Virus record (IMG/VR): IMGVR_UViG_3300031555_006030
Source of the DNA: a virus
Strand: one strand, 5' to 3'
Length of the DNA: 64,000 nt
Positions 20,466-32,144 of the stretch are shown here, one piece after another. Under the pieces are notes generated by a model, which saw only the letters and a list, made by a program, of their open reading frames with translations, was not told where the DNA came from and did no database searches. The position numbers were made by a program, and so were the translations under genes. Position 1 is the first letter of the stretch, and each line of letters begins with the position of its first letter.

Positions 20466-21347
20466 ATGAAATTTGGCGTACGCGAAATATGCAATGTCGT
20501 TTTCAAGGCTAAGTCACAGGTTAAGATTGGTAATACTACTTTCCAAGCCGGTCAACCCGTCCTTTATATCGATAGTGCAAAAACTTCTACTCTTGAAGGT
20601 GCTGCTACAACAGTTTATGCAACCGGTGGACGTGGAAATTCAAGATTACTTGCTTGGGAAGGAGAGAAGACTTTAACATTTACTGTTGAAGATGCTCTTC
20701 TTTCTCCTATTGGATTTGCTATTCTTTCTGGAGCAGGTCTTTTCAAGGGTAAGGAAGGTGACTCTGAAAAGGTTCATGTTCATGCAACGGCAACCGTCTC
20801 TTTTGATGATGAAGGTAAAGTTGATTTAGCTAACGCTTTATCTGCGTATGATGGCACAGAAGAACTTGATACAGTATCTCCTATTTATGTTTTAGAGATG
20901 GATGGAGACGATATTGTAGGTGAACCTAAAACAGCAACAGCAACAGCTGAAAAAACTACCATTACGGTAACTGGTTTAGAAGGAAAAACAGCATTTGTAG
21001 ATTTCTACATTTTAAAAGATGCTGGTAAAGTAAGTGAGCTTCAAATTGACGCTGAAACTTTTGCTGGCTACTTTTATGTTGAAGCCAACTGCCTATTCAA
21101 GAGAAAGAAGGATGGAGTTGATATGCCTGCAGAATTAACACTTCCTAAGGTTAAGATTCAATCTAACTTTACTTTCAGCATGGCGGCAACTGGCGATCCT
21201 TCAACATTTACTTTCACAATGGATGCAATGCCTGATTACACATTCTTTGATAAGACTCGTAAAGTTCTTTGCGCAGTTCAAATTATTGAGGATGCTGTTG
21301 GCGGAAATATCGTTGTTGATTCAGTATTTGACGAAGATTACGTCTGA
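20466..21347 (+). CDS. major tail protein
   Basis: 293-aa TAG-free ORF upstream of the chaperone and tape-measure genes, followed by a terminator. Confidence 0.6.
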   Translation: MKFGVREICNVVFKAKSQVKIGNTTFQAGQPVLYIDSAKTSTLEGAATTVYATGGRGNSRLLAWEGEKTLTFTVEDALLSPIGFAILSGAGLFKGKEGDSEKVHVHATATVSFDDEGKVDLANALSAYDGTEELDTVSPIYVLEMDGDDIVGEPKTATATAEKTTITVTGLEGKTAFVDFYILKDAGKVSELQIDAETFAGYFYVEANCLFKRKKDGVDMPAELTLPKVKIQSNFTFSMAATGDPSTFTFTMDAMPDYTFFDKTRKVLCAVQIIEDAVGGNIVVDSVFDEDYV

Positions 21348-21354
21348 TTTAAAT

Positions 21355-21405
21355 AAGCACTTTATGGAGGAAGGAGGCGCGCCCGGCGCCACCTTCCTTT
21401 TATTT
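21355..21405 (+). terminator. rho-independent terminator after the major tail gene
   Basis: A ggaaggaggcgc...gcgccaccttcc stem is followed by a T-run. Confidence 0.5.
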
Positions 21406-21424
21406 TATAGATAAGGAGAGAGAG

Positions 21425-23138
21425 ATGAAAAAAAGAGAAAAATACAGATCTGCGCATGGTTGGTTTTATACTTATTATTACGCCAGTGATTATATTAAAA
21501 ATTATGGTGGTTCAGATGCAATTGAAAGAGCTTTAATGGAAACACATATAGAAAGTATTAAAAATCAAATTGCTAATAATCCTCTTTTTATCTCTTCTGA
21601 AGATGCAAAAAGAATTTAGATAATTTTAAATAGAAGAATAAAAAATCAAAATAAATAGATGCAAACTCTTTTACAAGCGGCAAAAAATGATCCGAATTCT
21701 GAGGCACATAAAGCTTTAATTGCATATATTTAGTAGTTGGGTAAAAAAGTGGATATTCAAACCGCAGAAGAAATTTTGCAAAAGTTAGAATGGGACGAGG
21801 TTTCTGGAGTATATAAATATACTGGAACCAATAATTTTTTTGACTCTAAAAAAACTGCATTTTATACCTGGTCACCTGGGGATGCCTCAATTTATCGTGT
21901 AAAAAGTAAAGCTTTAGAAAAAATAAATAGTTTTTTAAAAATTCTTTTAGAGACATTTTCAGAAGAGCAAATAAAATCTGTATAGAAGTCGATAGATGCA
22001 TTAAAAGATATTAAAAAAGATATAGAAAACGAAGATTGGTTAAATAATCCAACTATAAAAACCTTAGAAAGAAAAGACTCAATTCCTATTGAATATACTC
22101 GAACAGTAGAAGGACAAGAGTTAGATATTGCCAACGCAATATTTTCTTATATTTCAAATATAAAAAATGCTTTATCAGGAATAAGTGAAATTAATAAAAA
22201 CTTATCTTGGATTTATGCAGAATTAGTTGGTAACATAGCAGGATCATACGCAAAACCAATTGCAGAAGAAAAGCTAGCAAAAGAAATTTAGAACTGGGCA
22301 AAAAAAGGAAACACTAATTCTGGAAAAACTCATACTAGAGTTAAAAATCAAAAAACTTTTATAGATGCACAGGTCAGACTTTTAGATTAGGATTTTTTAT
22401 CAGCTACTCAAAAGGCAATAGATGAAGAAAAAGAGAAAGCAAAAAGACATATTGAATCTTATATTTAGAAAGTAAATAAAAATAGTAATAATGTACAATA
22501 TTCTTTAAAACCACAAGTCAGCGCTTAGGGAAAAGCTGATGCAGAATTGACAGTTACTATTGATAATAAAAAGAAAAAACTTGGAATGTCTTTTAAAAAC
22601 TATAATTTGGAAACAGGAAATGGAATTACTTTACAAGACTCTGGTTTCTTATTAAATTATCTTGCAGATGCTCCTTCTGACTATTTTATGGAACATATTC
22701 TAAATATTTATGCAGAACATCCAAGTGAGGGACAAGAATCTTCTTATGCTCAGCAAGTTAATGGTTTAAGAGAGAAGGCAAAGAATGCTTTAAAAATAAA
22801 TTTATTATTTAGTGCATTAACTGGTTATAATTAGGGAAGAAGAGGTCGAGAAGCATAGCTATTAGTTGTATATAATAAAAACAGTGGCGCAAAAAAAGGA
22901 GAACTTCCTCCAGTTAAAGTATATAGTATGGGATCAATAGTCTTAGATATTTTAGATAATCAAGATTTTTCTGCTATAAGAACTACACCTAATTTTTCAA
23001 ACACGCTATTTGAAAATACATGGGAAAACTCTATTGATAATAGTCCAAATAAAAAAGAAGCTGCATTAAGAAACACAAAATTATTATATGAGGCAAGATA
23101 GAAAAATATCTCTGTTTCTTTGGCAAAACGCATATTGT
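21425..23138 (+). CDS. hypothetical 570-aa protein (about 13 TAG codons)
   Basis: ORFs 21425, 21737 and 22547 share one frame and are linked only by TAG; ends in TAA. Confidence 0.45.
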
Positions 23139-23141
23139 AAC

Positions 23142-23170
23142 TTGACAAGTTAAAAAATTTTTTCTATAAT
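23142..23170 (+). promoter_or_regulatory. consensus sigma-70 promoter inside the late module
   Basis: TTGACAagttaaaaaattttttcTATAAT has a 17-nt spacer. Confidence 0.55.
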
Positions 23171-23211
23171 ATATATAGAAAACAAATCGAGATAAAAGGA
23201 GATTAATTAAT

Positions 23212-23730
23212 ATGAATTTTAAAGATTTAGATATTAAATTAATAAATGAATATAATACTTTTAACTTTAACGGTAATGAAATTAAAGTATTAAAATATCT
23301 TCCAATTGAAGATAAATTTGATTTAATTATGATTGCTCTTCAAAAATCTGTTACTAATGGTATTTATAATCCAATTAGACTTCAAACATTTTTTGAATTA
23401 AATATTATGTATCTTTATACTGATATTTTATTTGAGGTTGAGGAAAGAGTTGATGAAGGAGTACTTTATGATAAAATTAAAACATCGGGCCTCTTAGGAA
23501 AAGTGATGGAAAATATTGAAGAAAGCGAGATGCTTGAATTAAGTCACTTTTTGAGTGAGTGTTTAGAACTTGAAAAGAATTATCGCAATAGTGCGGCTGC
23601 AATTGTATCCAAAATTGTTGATGATTTGCCAAAGAACGCAGAAGCTGCAAAAGACATTGTTGATAATTTTGATAAAGAGAAGTATAGTGAAGCTTTAAAT
23701 TTTGCCAGATCCATTGGAATGAAGATTTAA
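23212..23730 (+). CDS. putative tail assembly chaperone
   Basis: 172-aa acidic TAG-free ORF directly upstream of the tape-measure gene. Confidence 0.4.
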   Translation: MNFKDLDIKLINEYNTFNFNGNEIKVLKYLPIEDKFDLIMIALQKSVTNGIYNPIRLQTFFELNIMYLYTDILFEVEERVDEGVLYDKIKTSGLLGKVMENIEESEMLELSHFLSECLELEKNYRNSAAAIVSKIVDDLPKNAEAAKDIVDNFDKEKYSEALNFARSIGMKI

Positions 23731-23734
23731 GGTC

Positions 23735-23795
23735 AATTTAAATTAATATAATTACCCTATTTATTATAATTAATAAGTAGGGTATTTTTATATCC
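23735..23795 (+). terminator. hairpin plus T-run after the chaperone gene
   Basis: taccctatttat...ataagtagggta is followed by TTTTTA. Confidence 0.4.
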
Positions 23796-23819
23796 AATAA
23801 AGAGTTAAAGGAGGATATT

Positions 23820-26800
23820 ATGGGTAAAAATTAGGCAAGATTAGGTATTGGTATTGATTTTAATGTTAATACTGCTAGTTTAAATAATGTAAAGTAGTCT
23901 CTTGAGAAACTAAGAAAAATGAGCAAGGATGAAATTGAAAAATCTGGAGGCAATATTCTTGGCTTATCTAATATGAAAACAAAAAGCTGGAAAAACGATC
24001 TTGGCGATATGCGAAAAGAATTAGCATCATTGGAAAAGGCCTTTGAAGCAGCGTATAATCCAAAACTGGGTACATATGAATTAAATAAATTTAATGAAAG
24101 CTTGAAAGTGTCTGGAACTACTGCAGGATAGGCCTTTGCCACCATTGCAAATTATGGCACCGAGGGAAAAACAGCATTGCTTGATATGACTACAAGTATG
24201 TTAGCTATTGACCGAGTTGGGAAACAAACAAATGAAACCTTTAAAAAACTTGGCGATACAATGATGAATACCATTAGATGGACTATTACATCTACAATTA
24301 TTAACAGTATTTCAAGCGCTATTCAATAGGCATTTAATTATGCGGTAGATTTAGATGGTGCACTGAATGATATTATGATTGTTACCGATAAATCTTCGCG
24401 TGAAATGGAAAATTTTGCAAAATCTGCGAACAAGGCGGCAAAAGAGCTTGGCGCCTCTACTCGAGATTATACAGAAGCATCTTTAATATATTATCAATAG
24501 GGTTTAAGTGATGCAGAAGTTAAGGCGCGTACAGAAACAACTGTAAAAGTAGCTGCTATCACAGGATAGAATGCAGATGTTGTTTCTAAACAACTTACTG
24601 CTGTATGGAATGGTTATAAGGTTAGTGCCGAAGAGTCAGAAATGTATATTGATAAACTTTCTGCCGTTGCAGCAAGTACCGCAGCCGATCTTGAAGAATT
24701 ATCAACTGGTATGTCTAAAGTGGCTTCGGCTGCTAATGTTATGGGTGTTGGAGCTGATTCATTAAACGCTTAGCTTGCAACAATTGTTTCAGTTACTCGC
24801 GAAGCACCAGAATCTATTGGTACAGCTTTAAAAACAGTATATGCGCGTATGAGTGATATTGAAGCTGGACTAGATACTGAAACCACATTAGGTGAGTACA
24901 CTTCTCAAATGGCTCAAATGGGCATTAACGTACTAGATGCTAATGGTAAATTGCGTGATATGGAAGATATTATTAATGAAATCGGTAACGGATGGTCAAC
25001 CATGACTCGCGAATAGCAAGTATCCTTGGCGCAATCTATTGCTGGTACTAGATAGTATTCCCGTATGATGGCATTATTTGATAATTGGGGCATGTATCAA
25101 GAACAGTTTAATGTCTCTATGGAAGCTACTGGTACTTTAAATCAATAGCATATTGAGTACCTATAGTCGATTGAAGCACATCAAAACAAATTAAAAGCTT
25201 CGGCCGAAGGATTATATGATGCAATTTTTGATTCAGACTCTATTAAAGGAGTTTATGATGTTTTAAGTGGCTTTACTGAAATGGTAACTGGTTTAGTTAA
25301 AGGTTTAGGTGGAATGCCAGGTATCCTTTCTGTTATGTTAATGTTAATTACCACTCTTGGAAAAAGAAACATGCAAGATCTTATAATAAAAAGAGAGTCT
25401 AATAAGTTACAGGCATAGCTGTATAGAACATAGATGGAAAATAGTTAGGCTACTATTAAAAGTCTTGAAGAAGAAGTAAAAGGTCGTACGGAGTTAAAAG
25501 AATAGCTTCAAGACATCTTAGATCTTGAAAAAAGAATTATTGAATAGTCAGATAATTTAACTGATGATTAGTTTAATAATTTATAGGCTGGTATTAAACA
25601 ATATGCTGAAAATTTAAAGGCTGTTATTGCTATTGAAAAAGAATATAATAATATTAAAGCTGAACGAGATCAATTAAAGTAGTCTTTATCAGGTGAAACT
25701 ACTCAAACTTTTAAAAATGAAGCTGGCGAAAGAGTTGTAAGTTATGATTTAAAAAATAAAGAAAATGTAAAAGGAAGAATAGGAACAATAGAAGCGCGAA
25801 AGCGGTTATCCGACTTGGAAAAGGCAGAACATAAGGCCACTTTTAATCAAAATGCAAAATAGCTAACAAAACAAGAGTAGGATGAATTAAAATTTTTAAG
25901 AGAGTATTTACCATTAGCTGAGCGTAAATTAAAACTAGACGAAGAGTTAAAAAAAGCAGAAGAAAAATTAGCTAATGCAACTGAAAACACTGCTAACGCT
26001 AATAAAAACTTAAAAAGTAGTATGAATGACAGTCTTGATGCAGTAGGGCGCGCGGCAGTTGTGACTGAGGTTGCATAGGGGATTGCCTCGGTTGGCATGA
26101 CTGCAGCGATGGCTTCGGGGGCAGTACAATCTTTTGCAAGCGCTATGAGCGCTTCTGGAGGAGGCTTTTCAGATTTTCTTGGAGGTATTACCGGAGTAGC
26201 GGGTGCAGCTGGCTCAATGATAGGTAATATTACAGCTGCAAACAGAGCATTAAAAAAAGCAGGGCCTACTGCGCAAAGAGTAGGAGCAAAAATTTAGCTT
26301 GCTTTTGGCTGGGTAAGTCTTGTAATCGGTGCTCTTTCTGCGTTAATTTAGATAGTAAAGGAATTTAATTAGGCGCAAATAGATAGCGCAAATGCTACAA
26401 TTGAAGCAGAGCGAGAGAGATAGAAAGAACTTTAGAAAACCTTAGATTTAGAATAGTCTTTTTTAAAATTATATGAAACATATCAAAAAACTGGTGAAGA
26501 AACTGAATAGTTAATTTCTGCTACGGAGTAGATGTGTGAAGCTCTTGAAAGCTCTTAGTTAAAAGCTCTTGCCGCAGCTGGAGCATATGATTAGTTAGCA
26601 GCGTCTATTAGAGACAAAACTTCTGCAACATATGATGATTTGGCACAATCTGCTAATGCAGAAAAAAGCGCGGCAGAGACGAAATTAAACAAAGTAAAGG
26701 CTTCTAACACTGGAGGTATTGCAAATGCATCAGAAACTCTGGATTATATTAACGCAGGAGATTCTGTAACAGATGGAGATGCAGAAAACTTAGAAATTTT

Positions 26801-29423
26801 AAAAAATATTTTTGAAAACAGTAATAATGATAAAGTACGAGCTTTAATTTCACATAGCGATGACTATAATATTTGGTTTAAACGCATGGCCAATATGACA
26901 GCTGAAGAAAAATCATTATTTTACCATGCCCTTAAAGAGGCCACCGCGCAAGATGGATGGAATACAAGTTCAAAAAGTGAGCTAAATAAGAAAGTTCGAA
27001 AAATTTTAGATGATGAAGATTTTGCAGGAGCTGTTGCTGATTATGATACCGCAAATAAAACTGGTTCCACTGCGAAGGTTGCAAAATCAGTTAGTCAAAA
27101 CTCATATTCAAAATCGACCTCTATAAGCTAGTTTAAAACAGATCGTGAAGCTCTTATTTAGGATATAAAAAACTCACAAAATATTGACTATGACACCGCT
27201 GCTTCACGAGTAGATGCCCAATATGCTAAGGTAGGAGATTCAAATGCTTAGGCATTATTGGCTAGAACATAGTGGTTACAAGGTAGTGTTCAAGCAAAAA
27301 CTATGACACAAGAATTTGCGGATGAGTTAGCAGGAAAAATATCGTTAGATCAGCTAGGCACATCAGGTTTTAATGCATTAAAAACAATTGATTTATCAAC
27401 TTTTACCGGCTCTGCAAAAGATCTTGTGGATGCAGCAAAGACAAAGGCAGTTGAGCTACAAGATGAAGCATGGACTGAGTTTGGAGAATCTCGTCTTAAA
27501 GTTCTTGAAAAAAATTATAACGATTTAGAAAAAACTATTGATGAATCAGTTGGCTCGGATAAAGCAAAAAAGATTTTAGAGTTAAATAAAAATCTAGAGG
27601 CTTAGCAAGTAATTTTGTAGTCCCTTAGTGAAGAAGAACAAAAAGCTTTTGATAAAAAAGTAAAAGAATTTAAAACAAAAACAGGCATTGATTATACAAA
27701 TCCAGAAGATGCTAAGGACTTAATTGCAAAAAAATATGCTAATGATGAAGATAAAAGAGCAGAATATTTATAGTTGCTACAAGATGTAACTACTGCTGAA
27801 ATAGCCTATAACGATGCCACTAAAGCGGTTACTGAAAATCAAGAGCAAATATATCAAAAGAAACTTGAATCATTTGATACAGAGCTTGAATATTTAGACA
27901 CTTTAAAAAGTCGTTATGAGAGTCTTCAAGGTACTCTTTAGGAAGTTGCAGACTTATACAAGAAAATTTATGGTGAAAATGAATTTTCTAAAATGGTTGA
28001 GTTGTACGATTCTATGGCATTGTTATCTTCTACGTCTTATGGAAAAGCTGGAGAGAAATATCAAACATTACTAAATGCGACGAATCAGGGTGGTTTTACG
28101 GGCGCCGATGGGGTTTGGTATAGTTTTGAAGATGACGCCTCTCGACAAAAATATTTAGATGAGCTTGTTGCGGCAGGAGGAGATTATGTAAGTGCATTAA
28201 CAAGTCATGTTGAGCTTCTTAGAGAGAAGATGGCTAATAGTATTAATGCAGCTTTTCAAGAGAGTGCAAAAAGAGCTACTGGCAAAGGTCTTGATTATCT
28301 TGATCGAGAATGGAGATATATTCAAGAAGATGCAGATAAATATTTAGATACAGTAGAAAAAACTTATCGCATTGAAAACCTTGAACTTGATGTTAAAGAG
28401 AAAATTAATAAGTTGACTAATAAGAGCGCCTAGGCGCGCCTTTCTAGTGAACTTGATAGACAGCTTAGCGTTTTGCGCGAAATGGATAAGCTTTCTGAAG
28501 AAGATATTACTCGCGCCGAACAAAAACTTTCACTTCTTGAAGCTGAGATTGCTCTTGAGAATGCGCGTAATAATAAAAATAAGATGCGTTTAGTTCGTGG
28601 AGCAGACGGCACTTATAGTTATCAATATGTGGCAGATCAATAGGCTATTGCTGCCGCCGAGAGGTAGAAGAGAGAGGCTCAATAGGCAGTTTATGACTCT
28701 TCTAAATCAAGTTACATGGGCACTGTTGATGAATTTAATTCATTGCGCTAGTCTTTTGCTGAAGAATATGCGTCTGCCGCAACCGATAAAGACAAATAGC
28801 AAGTAGTGGCTAAATATAGAGAGTGGTTTGGCACAGCCATAGAGCGTAATCAAGTCGCTTTAGGTGATTTTAGAAAAGCTGGAGGAACAGCTAGTTCTGG
28901 AATGCAAACTTGGTTAGATGCTTTCTCTACTGGTGGTAGCAATGCTTTAATGGAGGAATTAATTAAAGCGGCAGAGGCTACTAATTACACCGATGAAATT
29001 AAATCTATCACTGGAGATGTTGGTAACATTGCTAGTGATATTAGAGGTATGGCTGAAAAATTTGGAATATAGCCATCTTCCAATGACACAGGAGGATATA
29101 CAGGTTCTTGGGGATTAGATGGTAGACTTGCAATTCTTCATGAAAAAGAGTTGGTTCTTAATAAACAAGATACTAGCAATATTTTGCAATCTGTAGAAAT
29201 TGCGCGAGCTCTTTAGTCTAAGATGCTTGATACTGTCTCTTCAATGCGCGTAACCCCAATGACGCGCGCATTTACAGATTCTAATAATTCTTCTACTATT
29301 GAACAAAGAGTAGAAATTCATGCAGAGTTTCCAAATGCTACTAATCATAGTGAAATTGAGCAAGCTTTTGATAATCTTGTTGGATTAGCTACATAGCATG
29401 CCTATAAAAATACTCGTGGATAA
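23820..29423 (+). CDS. tail tape measure protein (about 1867 aa; about 50 in-frame TAG codons)
   Basis: Track ORFs 23919, 26097, 26640, 27303, 27993 and 28806 are all congruent mod 3 with the ATG at 23820. The protein is long, coiled-coil-rich, alpha-helical and Ala/Gln-rich; it ends in TAA at 29421. Confidence 0.75.
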
Positions 29424-29435
29424 TTAAAATAATTT

Positions 29436-29480
29436 GACCAAAAGATGTTAATAGCAAACATTGATATCTTTTGGTCATTT
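29436..29480 (+). terminator. rho-independent terminator after the tape-measure gene
   Basis: A perfect 11-bp stem gaccaaaagat/atcttttggtc is followed by TTTTT. Confidence 0.55.
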
Positions 29481-29540
29481 TTAATTAAAGAAAATATTCA
29501 ATTTTTTATAATATAAAGTAGAGAAAAAGGAGTGAGTTCA

Positions 29541-29806
29541 TGAATAGTACAGATTATTCTAATGCAATTTTTAATTCTATTGATATAATAGTAGATAAAA
29601 AATTGCGAGAACTAGGTTTTGATAAAACCATAAAATGCAAAGTGAAAGCCGATACCTCAGAGAATGCTTTAGTTAGTGTTGAATATTAGGGCATTACTTT
29701 TTTTGCAGACAGGCTAGATAAAATATATAAAAAAGATGATATTGTATATGTTCTCATACCACAAAATGATATGAGTAATAAAAAATTTATTATTGGAAAA
29801 AAATAA
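29541..29806 (+). CDS. small ORF region with a frame break (34-aa ORF 29541-29645, then a -1 frame 29642-29806)
   Basis: Codon-by-codon reading hits TGA at 29643 in the ATG frame, while a GTG-initiated frame continues to TAA at 29804. Confidence 0.25.
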
Positions 29807-29844
29807 TAAATTTACCTTGAGAAAAAGGAGGTTTTTTATATTAT

Positions 29845-32013
29845 ATGAGTAATAAGACTATAGTAGAAGTTAATCTTGGATATGCTATAATTAAAGATGG
29901 TAAATTATATGTTGAATAGACCATTACTTATTCAGATGGCACTATAGAAACAGAAGAATAGTAGTTATCTTTTCCAGTGATTGACGCGGATGAAACTAAA
30001 GTTCCTAGTAATGTTGTTAATAGTAGCGATTAGAGAATTGCTAGAGCTTATGTTAGAGTTGAAGAAGGTGAGGAGAGTTAGGTTTATGGACCAATGTATT
30101 TTACCTCAAATATGGAAAATATTTTATTTACTCCTACTACTGAGGACGCTATTATCAAACATAAAAGGTCTTTAAAAGATGTGTTATTTGGCAAATTTGA
30201 TGATAACAACAAGTTAATAAACCATTATGACTTTAACCCAGATGTTACTTCTTTTTATCATGAAATTTTAAGTACCAAAAGCGAATGGGAAAAAGATCTT
30301 TTTGGTATTTATATGATAAAATCATACTCTGATTTAAAAGAAATTTACAAAAGTGATGGAAAAACTCCTCTTAGTAGCGAAGAAAAACAACGCTTTGAAG
30401 GGAAAAATCAAGGAGATTATTTAGGATCCTTCTTGGCGGAGGGAGATATTACTAGTTTACTCTTAATTCCTTTTATTGATGAAAAAGGAGCTTTGTAGTA
30501 TCGCTTAGTTGGAGAAGATGATTTAATATATTTTAATTTTGATATAACTAAGGGAGAAAACAAAACTTCTGTTTGGCAAGCTTTACTTGAGAATAGCCAT
30601 TTGTTAGATTTAGTAAGTGGTGAAAAATATATAGATCCAACTTATTTAATTGCGTCTCAAGAAGAAGTTCTAAATATAATTCCAGAATGGACAGATTCTA
30701 TTGAAGCAGAAAAAGAAACAAAATCTGCGGACAATAATAAATTAGTTACATTATAGGGATTAAAAGACTATGATAAAAAGCTAAGAACTTGGATTCCATT
30801 GGAACCAGGAGAGGGTAGTGATTCATTACAAACTCCACAGTTATCAGAAACCGATTCTCCAAATTCAGTAAAGGGAGAAAGATCATTTGCTATTGGGTCT
30901 GGCAACACTATAGATCAGGCTCATTTTATATCTGGCGCCATTGGTAAGGGATTAAAGTCCAACAATAGCTCAGAGTTGGTTATTGGAGAATATAACGATG
31001 ATACTCTTGATGGGTATGCTCCTTATTTTGAAGTGGGTACGGGTACATCTTCTTTAAATAGAAAAACCAAGTTTTATGTAACTGATAAGTTTGTATAGGT
31101 TAGTGGTAATAAGCTTAATTATATTAATAATAATTTTGCTAATGAAGATGGAAAAATTCTTAGACTGGAAAATACTTGTGGAATTGGAGGCACTTCATCT
31201 GGTTATCCTTATTTAAAGCTTTGGGAAATATATGATACTAATACAGGTAATAGAAGATTAGATATTGTTCCTTCGATTAATGCATCTGCGACTAATCGAC
31301 TAAATTTAGGATAGAGTTAGTATCGTTTTGGCAATATTTATACAGATGCGGTTATAACTAACAGTCTTACTGTTGAAGGAGACGGTTTTTCTGTTGGTAA
31401 AATATATGAGCTAGAAGAACTTTATTGGAAAAGTAGTAATAGTTCAATTGGTAGGTTTTTAAGATTTGAAGGTGATTTAATTGCTCCAGGTTTAGATTAT
31501 ACCATTAATCTTGGAAAAGATGAGTCAAGATTTAATAATATTTACACTTATAATATAGATATTTTAGGAAAAATCTAGAGTCATAAAATAGATTTAACAA
31601 GAACTAATCATAGTAGTTATGTATAGCAAGAATTGATTGTTTTTGAAAACGAATGTGGTTTTGGAAATAATTATAATAGCTATAAAGACGAGGGAGCTAA
31701 ACTTTAGCATTTTTAGATTTAGACTTGGAATGAGAGTGGAAGTAATCATGTTGCTCTTCAACCCTTTAGCGATAGTTTAATGGATTTAGGATATAATAAT
31801 CATACTTATAGAACCGTTTGGACGAATAGTATCAGAACCACAGATGGATACCTTCATTTTTATCCACAATTGGGTTTACATGGGGTTACAATAAGTTTAA
31901 CAGGTTTAAATATTGATACAGACATAAGTTCTTAGGATGATATTTCTAATGTTATAACAATCCTCTTTGCAGATGGTAAAAAAGGATATGTACCGATTCA
32001 ATTGAAATCTTAA
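29845..32013 (+). CDS. distal tail/baseplate protein (722 aa; about 20 TAG codons)
   Basis: ORFs 30094 and 30799 are in frame with the ATG at 29845 and joined through TAGs. The position after the tape-measure gene suggests a distal tail or baseplate role. Confidence 0.5.
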
Positions 32014-32017
32014 TTAT

Positions 32018-32050
32018 AAAGGGCGGCGGTCCGCCGCCCTATTAATATTA
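32018..32050 (+). terminator. GC-rich hairpin terminator
   Basis: agggcggcggtccgccgccct is followed by an A/T run. Confidence 0.45.
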
Positions 32051-32144
32051 AAAATACATTTAATTAAATACTATTAATTAGCCACATTAATCTGAAAAGA
32101 TGATTAATGAATTATAATAATTCTTTGAAAGGAGATTAAGAATA

